Source: Promethearchaeota archaeon (lineage in GTDB: Archaea; Asgardarchaeota; Lokiarchaeia; Sigyniarchaeales; SOKP01). From it: a DNA stretch of 64,000 bases. This document shows positions 29,451-39,282 of this stretch, piece by piece (positions within the stretch are counted from its first letter, which is position 1; each line of letters opens with the position of its first letter). The notes under the pieces were generated by a model that saw only the letters and a list, made by a program, of their open reading frames with translations, searched no databases and was not told the DNA's origin. The stretch spans positions 57,927 through 121,926 of the forward strand of contig JBHLOI010000002.1 in the NCBI GenBank assembly GCA_048940645.1, written 5' to 3'. The position numbers and the translations under genes are program-made.

Positions 29451-30320
29451 TTGATTATTATGATTTTCCAAGATGATCTTTTTACTAAATTTACTTTCTG
29501 GGACGCTATTGAATCTGGATTATATTATGTAATTGTAGGATATTATTTTCTGATATTTGCTTACTTCCTATTAATGAGATTTAGAACTTCAAAAAAATAT
29601 TTTTGGTTGTATTTCTCAGTATTATTTTTATGTTTAGCTGCTAGTAGAGTTTTCTTTATTATTTATTATTTCTATACGCCTGAACTTGAGGGTACAATTA
29701 GCTCTTCTGAACTTGTAGGTATCTTAATGCTTCAGTATCGATTGGCTACATTTTCAACTTGGCTGGGCATTGCAAGTTTAATGGGAGTTTTTGGAATCTT
29801 AATCTTCCCACCTATTACAGAAATGGAAGGGTTGAGTGAAAAAAACGAAGTTAAAAAGAAGTATAAAAAATTTTTAAAAAATAAAAATCTGAGAATCAGT
29901 TTTAAACTATTAATAATAGTTATTCCAGTAATAATAGGAATTTTAGCTTTAGTTTTACCAGATTTATTATTTATGGATCCTGATTTTGTTGATTTATATT
30001 TTGGAGGAATAGATCCAGGTTTGGTTACAATATTCGGATATCCAGTGGGAAGAGCTCTATTAAATTTCATCTTATTACCTTTATTTGTGGCGATAATTCC
30101 ATTTTTGTTTATTAGTTTGGCATTGAGAACTTTTGGAGTTCTGCGAAGATCATATGCTCTTAATGCTATTGGATTTTTGATTTATTTTATTGGACGTATC
30201 CTTCAAGGAGTATTTGACACATTAGAATGGACTCATGTAAATGCAGTTGCACCACCTCTATTAATATTGTTATCCTTACTGATAATCGTTATTGCTAACA
30301 ACTATGAACAATTAAGATGA
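29451..30320 (+). CDS. hypothetical multi-pass membrane protein
   Basis: About 7 hydrophobic segments. Confidence 0.7.
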   Translation: MIIMIFQDDLFTKFTFWDAIESGLYYVIVGYYFLIFAYFLLMRFRTSKKYFWLYFSVLFLCLAASRVFFIIYYFYTPELEGTISSSELVGILMLQYRLATFSTWLGIASLMGVFGILIFPPITEMEGLSEKNEVKKKYKKFLKNKNLRISFKLLIIVIPVIIGILALVLPDLLFMDPDFVDLYFGGIDPGLVTIFGYPVGRALLNFILLPLFVAIIPFLFISLALRTFGVLRRSYALNAIGFLIYFIGRILQGVFDTLEWTHVNAVAPPLLILLSLLIIVIANNYEQLR

Positions 30321-30428
30321 AAATTTTAATATTATTTTATTAAAAAAATAAAATTTTTAGGAATAATTAATTTGTTATCTTCAACGTTAAACTATATTAT
30401 AAATATCAAAATTTAAGGGGTTTATTTT

Positions 30429-32060
30429 ATGTCGATTCATGGAAATCAATATATTTTACCACTATTTAATACCCCTTCCACTATAGCTCCTATTAAAGAA
30501 AATGATGAGTTGGCACTAGCTTTTTATCTATTATCAAAAGATTTACAACCATACGAGAAAATAATCTCTTTTTCTAGATTATTATGGCCATTTCTATGTA
30601 TTCAAGGCGTAATTGGAACTCATATAATTTTAGACGGTTTGAATGTGTTTTCCAAAGAAGGGAAACTAACTAATCCTCCTCGTCAGCCTTTAATTGGCCA
30701 TTTATTGAGAAATGTTGAAAATAGAAGTAAAATTGAACAATTAAATAAAATTATTGAAGTTTTAACTTATAAAGATACGGGAGCTGAAGAAATAGGTGAA
30801 GGTGAAGAATCAGAATATCAAAAACTCAAAATTAATGGTTTAATTAATCCAGAATTTCTTCAATCATTAGTAAATCTAATTAATCTCGTAGAATATAAAC
30901 CAGTTTCAGATTATATGCCTTTAGATTATGGATTAAGTACTGATGAGGCATTAAACGTGGCTGAAAAGTATAGGAATATCATCGATTATATGAAAGGAAA
31001 TGCCTACAGATGGAATTCTCAAATTGAACTTATTGAAAAAGAAGTCGAAAAGTGGTTAGTAAATCTTAATGTTCAATTAAAAGATATTGATACTAGATAC
31101 ACATCACAAATAAGTAAAACATCTCAAGCAATCGATTCTGATCAAATTAAAGAACAAGTTGCTTTAGAGAGTGATAAAATTGATCAATGGAAAGTAAATG
31201 AGAAAAAGTCAGTAATTGAAAATATCTGTGTTTTATTTAAAACAGCTGAAAGAGAACTTGAAGAGATCATTAAAAAAAACAAATTCTTTACTGTTGCTGA
31301 AGTTTTAAAAAGTAAAGTCTTTGAAGATCTTACAGAATCTTTTGAAAATCACTTTAAATTTTTAATAGATGAAGGAAATAAATTTGTGGACTCTATTAAT
31401 TCTTTAACAGGGAAATACATGGAATTAAAAGAACGTGCTTATCAAGTTGATGATGAAGCAAAAATAAAATTAGAAAAGTTTTCAAATGAATTGAATTCAA
31501 AATTAAAAGATAGAGACCAAAATTTGTCTACTTTTGCTGAAAAGAAAAATGAAGAAATAACACAAATTGAAAATTTAAAGATTGTTCTAGAGAGATTATT
31601 TTCTGAGATTAAAAAAATTATTCAAAATAAAAATGGAACATGTCTACAGGAAGCTAAAGATTTAATTGCATGGTCTTTAAGTGACAACCAAGCAGAGTTA
31701 TTTAATAGGCCTATTCAATGGGTTTATATGCCTTTATATGGGATGTTTGTAGAAAATGAAAACACAATGGAAGAGGGAATAAAATTCATCTTTCCAGGTG
31801 ATATTAAATCTGATCCACTAAATATATATACAGAGACTTCAGAATCTATGAAAACATTAAAAGAGCTAATAATTGAAAAAGTAGAAGATGATATGGCTTT
31901 AAGGTCAAATTTTGAATTTTCCTGCGAAACTAAGAATTTACTTTCAGATAGAAGCTTTAAGAAAAAGCTTCAACAAGGCATTTCAATTTTAAGAGGTAAA
32001 GCTGTACTCAATAATCAAATGGAAACTGAACTAAGAGAAAAGCTTAATATATTAGTATAA
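30429..32060 (+). CDS. hypothetical protein with long central coiled-coil
   Basis: 543 aa; E/K/Q/L-rich helical centre flanked by globular segments. Confidence 0.7.
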   Translation: MSIHGNQYILPLFNTPSTIAPIKENDELALAFYLLSKDLQPYEKIISFSRLLWPFLCIQGVIGTHIILDGLNVFSKEGKLTNPPRQPLIGHLLRNVENRSKIEQLNKIIEVLTYKDTGAEEIGEGEESEYQKLKINGLINPEFLQSLVNLINLVEYKPVSDYMPLDYGLSTDEALNVAEKYRNIIDYMKGNAYRWNSQIELIEKEVEKWLVNLNVQLKDIDTRYTSQISKTSQAIDSDQIKEQVALESDKIDQWKVNEKKSVIENICVLFKTAERELEEIIKKNKFFTVAEVLKSKVFEDLTESFENHFKFLIDEGNKFVDSINSLTGKYMELKERAYQVDDEAKIKLEKFSNELNSKLKDRDQNLSTFAEKKNEEITQIENLKIVLERLFSEIKKIIQNKNGTCLQEAKDLIAWSLSDNQAELFNRPIQWVYMPLYGMFVENENTMEEGIKFIFPGDIKSDPLNIYTETSESMKTLKELIIEKVEDDMALRSNFEFSCETKNLLSDRSFKKKLQQGISILRGKAVLNNQMETELREKLNILV

Positions 32061-32082
32061 TCCTTAGGTTTTTTCAAAGAAA

Positions 32083-32754
32083 ATGTCCGAAAAAAAAGGG
32101 TTTAGAAGAAAAATCTTTTTAAAAAAAAAATTTTTAAGATCTCTTTTTTTAAGTATTGAGAAAGATAGGGAAAAAGGAAAAGTAAGTAATCATGAAAGGG
32201 AAATCCTTGATCAAGGATTGGTCTATGTCCAAATGAGGTTACCAGTAGATAAGATAACAAAAGATTTTGAAGATTATTTGAAAAAGAAGATAGAACATAA
32301 TATATATCATGCAGATATTAGAGAGGCTACAGAGAAAGACTTACAGAGTGTTGTAAACATCTATAATAAGTCTTGGCTTACAGCAAACACCCCTTTCAGG
32401 CCTATAGAACGTGATACATTAAAAAAAATTTTTGTGGATCCCGATACTGTTTTTTTAATTGCAAAAGTGTATGGTATAGATGGAGCCTTTGCTATTTTGG
32501 ATTTTGAAGGAGATAATAAAGAATATGGCATTATTGCAGGATTAGGTGTATTACCTCGCTTTCAAAGAAAAGGATTAGGAACAGTATTAGGTTTAGCAGC
32601 TTGGAATTATTTTAAAAAGAAGGGTGTTAAAGAATTACGTTGTGAAGTATATAAAGAGAATCAGAGGTCTTTCAATTTTATAAACGGACTTAATTTTGAA
32701 GTATTTGGACAAAAATCTTACCGTAAAGAAGATTTTGAATTAGAGGATGTATAA
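32083..32754 (+). CDS. GNAT family N-acetyltransferase, tandem copy 1
   Basis: IREAT, LGVLPRFQRKGLGT acetyl-CoA motif A, EVYKENQRS. Confidence 0.88.
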   Translation: MSEKKGFRRKIFLKKKFLRSLFLSIEKDREKGKVSNHEREILDQGLVYVQMRLPVDKITKDFEDYLKKKIEHNIYHADIREATEKDLQSVVNIYNKSWLTANTPFRPIERDTLKKIFVDPDTVFLIAKVYGIDGAFAILDFEGDNKEYGIIAGLGVLPRFQRKGLGTVLGLAAWNYFKKKGVKELRCEVYKENQRSFNFINGLNFEVFGQKSYRKEDFELEDV

Positions 32755-32823
32755 AATAAAATTTTTTTAAAATCTGGTTTTTTATTTAAACAAATTAGCA
32801 TTTTTCTTTAAGGAATAAATTAT

Positions 32824-33480
32824 ATGTCAGAGTCAAAGTCAAGTTTTAAAAAAAAAAGAGTTAGAAGTTTTTTCTTAGCTTCACACAAAAAAGAAGTATC
32901 TAAAAGCGATTTAGAAGATGAGTTAGAAAAGAACGGAATGCTTTATATTCAAATGAGATTACCTATTGATAAAATTACACCTAACTTTGTAGCTAATTTG
33001 AAAAAAAAAGTAGAACGAAATATACTTAAAGCTAAGATTAGAGAAGCCATAAAATCTGATTTAGAAAGCGTCGTATATTTATATAATAGAAGTTGGATGA
33101 CTTCTTGTACACCATTTTCTCCCTTATCAATTGATTCTTTAAAAAATCTTTATGAGTATCCAGAGATTAAAATTTTAATAGCAAAAGTATATGGCTCTGA
33201 TTCAGGATTTGTAATTCTAGATCTGGATGGTCCTAAAAATGAATATGGAGTTATTGCAGGTTTGGGTGTTTTACCAAGATTTCAACGTAAAGGATTAGGA
33301 ACTGTTATAGGAATGGCTGCATGGAATTATTTTAAAAAAAAGGGGATAAAAGAATTACGATGCGAGGTATACAAGGAAAATAAAGCGTCTTATTACTTTA
33401 TAAAATCTCTAGGTTTTGAAGAATTTGATACTAAAGTTTATAAACGTGAAGATTTTGAAATAAGAGATAGCATTAACTAA
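32824..33480 (+). CDS. GNAT family N-acetyltransferase, tandem copy 2
   Basis: LGVLPRFQRKGLGT, EVYKENKAS; close paralogue of previous gene. Confidence 0.88.
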   Translation: MSESKSSFKKKRVRSFFLASHKKEVSKSDLEDELEKNGMLYIQMRLPIDKITPNFVANLKKKVERNILKAKIREAIKSDLESVVYLYNRSWMTSCTPFSPLSIDSLKNLYEYPEIKILIAKVYGSDSGFVILDLDGPKNEYGVIAGLGVLPRFQRKGLGTVIGMAAWNYFKKKGIKELRCEVYKENKASYYFIKSLGFEEFDTKVYKREDFEIRDSIN

Positions 33481-33545
33481 GTTTTATAGGTTATAGAAAA
33501 TTAAATTTTTTTATTCATTAAAAATTAAAATAAGGTGTAATAATT

Positions 33546-34706
33546 TTGAAGAGCATAAATAGCATTGAATTAACTAAAGGAATTGCAATCTTATGTGTCT
33601 TATTAGCAAACACAATTAATTATTGGCTAATTATTGATTATCAATCAAGAACTTTCCTCAGTTTGCTAATTATATTATTGGAAATATTTGGCTCTTCTCT
33701 TTACATATTTTTATTTTCATTTTCTGTTATATTTACATTAAAGAAAAAAATGGGTTGTATTCCAGAAAGAACAAATAGGAACAAAGTTCTCAAACAAGCT
33801 TTTTTTCTGATTTTTTTAGGGCTTATATATAGCGTAATCTTTAATTATATTGATAAATCTACTTTAATTTTTTGGGGATGGAATATATTAATTTTCATAG
33901 GTTTTGGGCAGCTTTTTTGCTTTTACGCTTTTAAATTAGTAAGATGGGTGAGGATAGGAATTGGTTTGACTATTATTTTAATTACACCAACTGTTAGAGA
34001 ACTACTTTATATTGGAAAAGAAAGTAGCCCAATAGTTTACGTTTTACATCAGATTTTTGTTTCTTCAACTCCAATTTATCCATTTCTCCCTTTTGCATCA
34101 GTATGGTTTCTTTCTACTGTTTTTGCAGAACTAATTTATGAGTCGATACTTTTAGAATCAAGGATAGCTAATTTAAATGCCGCACGCTCAATTTTAAAAT
34201 ATGGAATTATTTTTATAATCTCAAGCTTTCTTTATTCAGCAGTACAATTATTTCCCTTTGTAGAACAATTTAGTTTTAATCCGGATAAATTTCCATTTAT
34301 TGATGCATTGCCAATTTTAAGAGGGTCCTCGATTATTTATATCCCTGGATTACCAGAAGTATTAGTAAAAGGTTCAATTCAGAATATCTTTTTCATAATA
34401 GGAATTTTCTTAATGGTTTTTGGATCGATCTATTATAGCATTGATATTAGACAAAAGAATAATAGATTTTTTAAGATTTTAATTACGTTTGGAAAAGCAT
34501 CTTTAACTTTATTGTTTTTACAATGGGTTTTTATACCATTATTTAACCAATCATTAATATATTATGTATTTCTTGTAGTTTCCCTAATTTATCTAATCTT
34601 AATTGGGGGTATCATCTGTTCCTGGGACAAGTATGGAAGTCTAAAATACAGCTTGGAATGGTTGATAAGAAAATTGAGCAAGAAAATGTACGATGAAATC
34701 ATTTAA
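33546..34706 (+). CDS. DUF1624/HGSNAT-like membrane acyltransferase-family protein
   Basis: SIELTKGIAI N-terminal motif (cf. SID..RG.AI), WNILIFIG, FPFLP-like, FGKASLT, SLEW; multi-TM. Confidence 0.6.
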   Translation: MKSINSIELTKGIAILCVLLANTINYWLIIDYQSRTFLSLLIILLEIFGSSLYIFLFSFSVIFTLKKKMGCIPERTNRNKVLKQAFFLIFLGLIYSVIFNYIDKSTLIFWGWNILIFIGFGQLFCFYAFKLVRWVRIGIGLTIILITPTVRELLYIGKESSPIVYVLHQIFVSSTPIYPFLPFASVWFLSTVFAELIYESILLESRIANLNAARSILKYGIIFIISSFLYSAVQLFPFVEQFSFNPDKFPFIDALPILRGSSIIYIPGLPEVLVKGSIQNIFFIIGIFLMVFGSIYYSIDIRQKNNRFFKILITFGKASLTLLFLQWVFIPLFNQSLIYYVFLVVSLIYLILIGGIICSWDKYGSLKYSLEWLIRKLSKKMYDEII

Positions 34707-34719
34707 TTGGTCAATATTA

Positions 34720-36150
34720 CTATTGCTCTAATGATTTGATTTTTTCTGATATAATATCAGAATTATAATCATCTTCTAAATCTTGATAATAATCTTTTGA
34801 TTGTTTAAAATAATTTAACGCATTTTCTAAGTCATTACTACTCACACACAAATCACCAAGGATGTTTAAAATTTCTGCAGCTTCTTTTAAATAATCTGAA
34901 GTTTCAAATATTTCTAAAGCCTGTTCATAATAATCCCGGGATTTGATATTATTTTGCATATATTTTTGATATATCTTTCCTAATTTTCTTTTAATTTCAG
35001 CAATTTTAATTTTGTCTCCATATTTTTTATAGATTTCAATAGCATAATTTAAATATTCAACCGATTTATTATCTTCTCCTTTAAGTAAATGTAATTTTGC
35101 TAAATCTTCTAATACTATACCCTCTTTAATATGTTCCTTTAATTCAAAAGTTCTAATGGCTTCCAGACTTTTAACTAAATAATCCTCTGCTTCTACATCA
35201 TTATCCCAAATTAGGTTTAATTTCCCTAAATAGAGATAACATTCCCATTCTAATTTGGATTTCACATATATTGAGACTTGATCTTTCAACTTTCTAATAA
35301 GGTTTAGAGCATTGTTAAAATTTTGATAAGATTGATCATAATTAGGTTCTCCACGAAAATAATTTAGTTTCCCATATTTTATTAGAGTTTGAATAACTCC
35401 GTATATATCTTGATTTTTTTCAAAATATTCCGAATTCCTTTTCAGAATTTTAGATACTCTATCATAATGCTTAAATTTAAAAAGTATTTCAACTAAATTA
35501 CTAGCCGATTTTACTGCTTCTAATTCTAAATCTTCCTTCTCAGCTAGATCCAGAGCTTTCTGATAATACTCATATGATTTCTCTAAATCTTTTATAAGAT
35601 AATAAACATTACCTAGATTATTTAATACTTGTATGATTTTCTGCTGATCGTTTAGATCCTTGAGGATTGAAAGAGATCTATCGAAGCGATAAATAGCTTG
35701 TTCAAAATAGCCACTATCTTCATAAATTAATCCAATTTCATTATGACAAATTGCAACATTTGCTTGATCGTTTGTTTCTAAGAAATTTTTTAAAGCTAAT
35801 TCTAGATTTGAAATAGCTCGTGAAAAATCTCTTAATTTATAATAGAGACTGGCTTTTTTTAATAATAAATCCCCTGACAAATCACCTTGAATTTCTCGTT
35901 GTCTCAATTCATCATCAAGTTCTGAAAGTTTGTTTTCAATTTCTTTATCTTCAATTAAATTTACGTCATAATACCCTTCTTCCAGTTCAGTATCGGAATA
36001 GAAGGAAGTTCTTTCTTCATGAGCCCGTGAAGAACTTCTTTCTATGAAATTATCTAGATTTGTAATTAGTGGTTTTCCACAATTATGACAATATAACCAG
36101 TGTTTTTCAATTGATTCTTTACAATAAGGACATGTTGGCTGATTATACAT
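34720..36150 (-). CDS. zinc-ribbon + tetratricopeptide repeat protein
   Basis: CPYC...CHNCGKPL, then multiple TPRs (NNLGNVYY...YYQKAL). Confidence 0.85.
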   Translation of the reverse strand: MYNQPTCPYCKESIEKHWLYCHNCGKPLITNLDNFIERSSSRAHEERTSFYSDTELEEGYYDVNLIEDKEIENKLSELDDELRQREIQGDLSGDLLLKKASLYYKLRDFSRAISNLELALKNFLETNDQANVAICHNEIGLIYEDSGYFEQAIYRFDRSLSILKDLNDQQKIIQVLNNLGNVYYLIKDLEKSYEYYQKALDLAEKEDLELEAVKSASNLVEILFKFKHYDRVSKILKRNSEYFEKNQDIYGVIQTLIKYGKLNYFRGEPNYDQSYQNFNNALNLIRKLKDQVSIYVKSKLEWECYLYLGKLNLIWDNDVEAEDYLVKSLEAIRTFELKEHIKEGIVLEDLAKLHLLKGEDNKSVEYLNYAIEIYKKYGDKIKIAEIKRKLGKIYQKYMQNNIKSRDYYEQALEIFETSDYLKEAAEILNILGDLCVSSNDLENALNYFKQSKDYYQDLEDDYNSDIISEKIKSLEQ

Positions 36151-36251
36151 TGATGGTTGCTTAAGAATGAATAATATTATTAAAATGATTTAGATAAAAA
36201 AGATAGTTTCTCTATTTATAATTATTGGTCTTAATCTAATTAACTTAAATT

Positions 36252-37160
36252 TTAAATTTTATTGCTAGCTTTTAATTCTTCTTCTATATCTTTATCATTT
36301 AGTCCAAGGGACTTTAATAAGATCTTTAATTGGATGATAGCATTTTTAGCTTTTACTTCCTTCGCTAGAAGGAGAGCCCTTATGAATTGATCTTTAGCTT
36401 TTCCAATTTGGCCTAAAAGAAAGAAAATCTCTCCAATATAGCTTAAACCTTTAATGATAAGTTCAGGATAATTACTTTCATATGCAAGAGTTAAACCTTT
36501 TTTAAAATAGTTTAAAGCTTCATTAAATTTTTTCTCTTTCTTTTGAAGGATTCCCAAATTAAATGAACTGACAATGATTCCTTTATTATCTTTTAATTGC
36601 TTGAAACTTTCTAAGGATTTTTGATATAATTCCTTTAAAACATCCCAATTTTCTTCTTTTTCATAAATATATATCAAATTCCCCAAACAATCTAATAAAT
36701 TATAAATATCATCATTATCTGAACAAAGTGCACAACAATCCAAGAAAAGATCACTTGCTTCTTCATTTTTATTTAACTTGATATAATTGCTCCCAATACC
36801 TTTCAAACATGTAATTTCTTCTTGAATTTGATTTAACTCCTTATAAATCTTTAATGCTTCATTATAATACTCTATTGATTTTTCATATTTCTTTTTTTTA
36901 AAATTTAAAACTCCAAGCACTCCAAAAACAGCAGCTTGCCCTAATCTATCTCGTTGAATTTTAAAGTGATTCAAACATACTAGTATATTTTTTTCAGCTT
37001 CTAAATAATCTTCTATTTCAATCTCTAGAAGTGCTAAATTGCTTAATTCTTTGATGTAGTTAGAATCCTTTCCAAATTTTTTTAAGACCTCAAGTTTTTC
37101 TTTAATTTCTTTTATTAATTGTTTAATTTCATTCCTATCCAATTCACCATCTTTTTTCAT
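36252..37160 (-). CDS. tetratricopeptide repeat protein
   Basis: Repeated LG..Y...A..YF..AL helical units. Confidence 0.85.
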   Translation of the reverse strand: MKKDGELDRNEIKQLIKEIKEKLEVLKKFGKDSNYIKELSNLALLEIEIEDYLEAEKNILVCLNHFKIQRDRLGQAAVFGVLGVLNFKKKKYEKSIEYYNEALKIYKELNQIQEEITCLKGIGSNYIKLNKNEEASDLFLDCCALCSDNDDIYNLLDCLGNLIYIYEKEENWDVLKELYQKSLESFKQLKDNKGIIVSSFNLGILQKKEKKFNEALNYFKKGLTLAYESNYPELIIKGLSYIGEIFFLLGQIGKAKDQFIRALLLAKEVKAKNAIIQLKILLKSLGLNDKDIEEELKASNKI

Positions 37161-37331
37161 ATAAATAAAAAAATCACCAATTCCTTGTCAATGTAATCTC
37201 TTTATCTTTTATAAATCTAATAGGACAACTTTCTAAAGGAAAGCAGATATATTTATATAAAAATTATAAAAATTCTTATCTATTATTTATTTAGTAAACT
37301 ATAAGAAATTATCAACTAGAGCTAATCTCAA

Positions 37332-38444
37332 ATGAAGAAAAAAGCAAGATTATGGGATTCACTTGAAAAAAATAAGGTAAAATGTCATGTTTGTGCCAAT
37401 GAATGTATTATAATGCCTGGGAAAGTGGGCATTTGCCGTACTCGAAAAAATTTTGATGGAGAATTATATACTCTTATATATGGTTCACTTATTTCTAAAG
37501 GAAGTTTAGATCCCATTGAAAAGAAGCCTCTTTATAATTTTTGGCCAGGTGCAACTGCTTATTCAATAGCATCAATAGGATGCTCTTTTAAATGTCAAAA
37601 CTGCCAAAATTGGAATATTTCACAAGCTAATCCAAGTGATAACGGAAAAAATGGCTTTTACACTCTTGAAGGATTAGAAAATCGTAGGATGTCTTTAGTT
37701 GAAATGACACCAGAAGAATTATTGAAACGAGTTGTTAAAAGTGGAGCAAAAACATTAGCTTATACCTATAACGAACCTTTAATTTGGCATGAATATATAA
37801 TAGATACAACGAAATTACTTAAAAAAGAAGATATAAAAACCATATTAGTAACTAATGGATATTCGACATCAGTAGCCACTAAAGAGTTAATAGCGGTAGG
37901 AATAGATGCTGCTAATATTGATATTAAAGCTATGTCAGATGATTTTTATAAAAAAGTTTGTGGAGTAAAATCAGTACAACCTGTTTTGGATACAGCAAAG
38001 AGATTAAAATCGAAAGGAGTCCATGTTGAAATTACAAATTTAATCATACCAGATTTAAATGATAGTAAAGAGGATTTAAGTCAATTATCTAATTGGATTG
38101 TTGATAATTTAGGAGATGATACCCCAACTCACTTTTCTGCTTATCATCCAGATTTTAAAATGCCTTCAATGAAAAGAACGCCATATGAAACTTTAGATCT
38201 TGCATATAATATTGCTAAAGGGGCAGGACTCAATTATATCTATGTTGGAAATATTCGACATGAAAAAGGTGGTAATACTTATTGCCCAAGGTGTAATCAT
38301 TTAATTATTGGCAGAAGTGGGTATAGTTTTACTAAGATTGATATTTCAGATCAAAAGAAATGTCCTAATTGTGATTATAATTTTAGCAAAGAGATAATTG
38401 GAGAAATTAATAAAAAACCTTCTCATAGATTTGGCTTTTTTTAA
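37332..38444 (+). CDS. amrS: AmmeMemoRadiSam system radical SAM enzyme
   Basis: CHVCANEC...GIC, DPIEKKPLY, GCSFKCQNCQNW, YTYNEP, YVGN, TYCPRC. Confidence 0.9.
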   Translation: MKKKARLWDSLEKNKVKCHVCANECIIMPGKVGICRTRKNFDGELYTLIYGSLISKGSLDPIEKKPLYNFWPGATAYSIASIGCSFKCQNCQNWNISQANPSDNGKNGFYTLEGLENRRMSLVEMTPEELLKRVVKSGAKTLAYTYNEPLIWHEYIIDTTKLLKKEDIKTILVTNGYSTSVATKELIAVGIDAANIDIKAMSDDFYKKVCGVKSVQPVLDTAKRLKSKGVHVEITNLIIPDLNDSKEDLSQLSNWIVDNLGDDTPTHFSAYHPDFKMPSMKRTPYETLDLAYNIAKGAGLNYIYVGNIRHEKGGNTYCPRCNHLIIGRSGYSFTKIDISDQKKCPNCDYNFSKEIIGEINKKPSHRFGFF

Positions 38445-38494
38445 TATGAATTTCGGTGATTCTTGTAAATAAAGAAAATAAAAGTAATTAAGAT

Positions 38495-39151
38495 TTAAAA
38501 TAAATATCCAATTGAAATTCCTAATACTAAAACTAAGAATGCTTGAAGAAAGCAAAATCCAGCGACAATGAAAGCTATCGGAGGCCATGAAATGCCCTTT
38601 GAAATTGCCATTAATGTTCCAATGTAGAATTTAGCCGTAAGTGCTACAATAGCAAAAATGACTAAAAATAAGATGACAAAGAATAAAGTGGGATTTATCC
38701 ATATTCCAATGACATCATAAGCTTCTCCAGGTAATGCCATTACAATAATAGCTACAACTGCGCTTCCTGCCGTAAGTCCAATAACGCTTGCAATTGGTAA
38801 ATCATTCATTGGCTTTAAGAATGTGAGGATTCCCAGAATAATTAGTAAAACAGAAGTAAAAATGCTTACTTCGCCACTTTGAAATGCTAAGCTTGGAGGT
38901 ATATTATACATTAATCCAGCAACGCCGCTTAATAAGCTTAAGATGCCAATAACAAAACCTAAATAGGTTAGAGCTTTAAGAAATTTCGTTACTTTAAAAT
39001 CCCAGTCCTCTACCTTCCTCTTTTTTACAGAACCTCTTCGTTTTGCTTCATATACACCATAAATTAACCATATTACTCCCAAGATCAAAACAAAGAAACC
39101 AGCTATTCCTGCTAATGGTATTAAAATTACTTCCTTAAATTGAAAAATCAA
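38495..39151 (-). CDS. hypothetical membrane protein
   Basis: About 6 TM segments. Confidence 0.7.
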   Translation of the reverse strand: MIFQFKEVILIPLAGIAGFFVLILGVIWLIYGVYEAKRRGSVKKRKVEDWDFKVTKFLKALTYLGFVIGILSLLSGVAGLMYNIPPSLAFQSGEVSIFTSVLLIILGILTFLKPMNDLPIASVIGLTAGSAVVAIIVMALPGEAYDVIGIWINPTLFFVILFLVIFAIVALTAKFYIGTLMAISKGISWPPIAFIVAGFCFLQAFLVLVLGISIGYLF

Positions 39152-39282
39152 TAAATTTCACTTCATTAATTTGATATGTTTATATTGAATATCACTAACT
39201 ACCTATTTATATTATATCTAGTCCAATTTTTAAAATGCACTTTTTCAATAAATTAAAACGAATTGAGTAAATAATAATTCAG

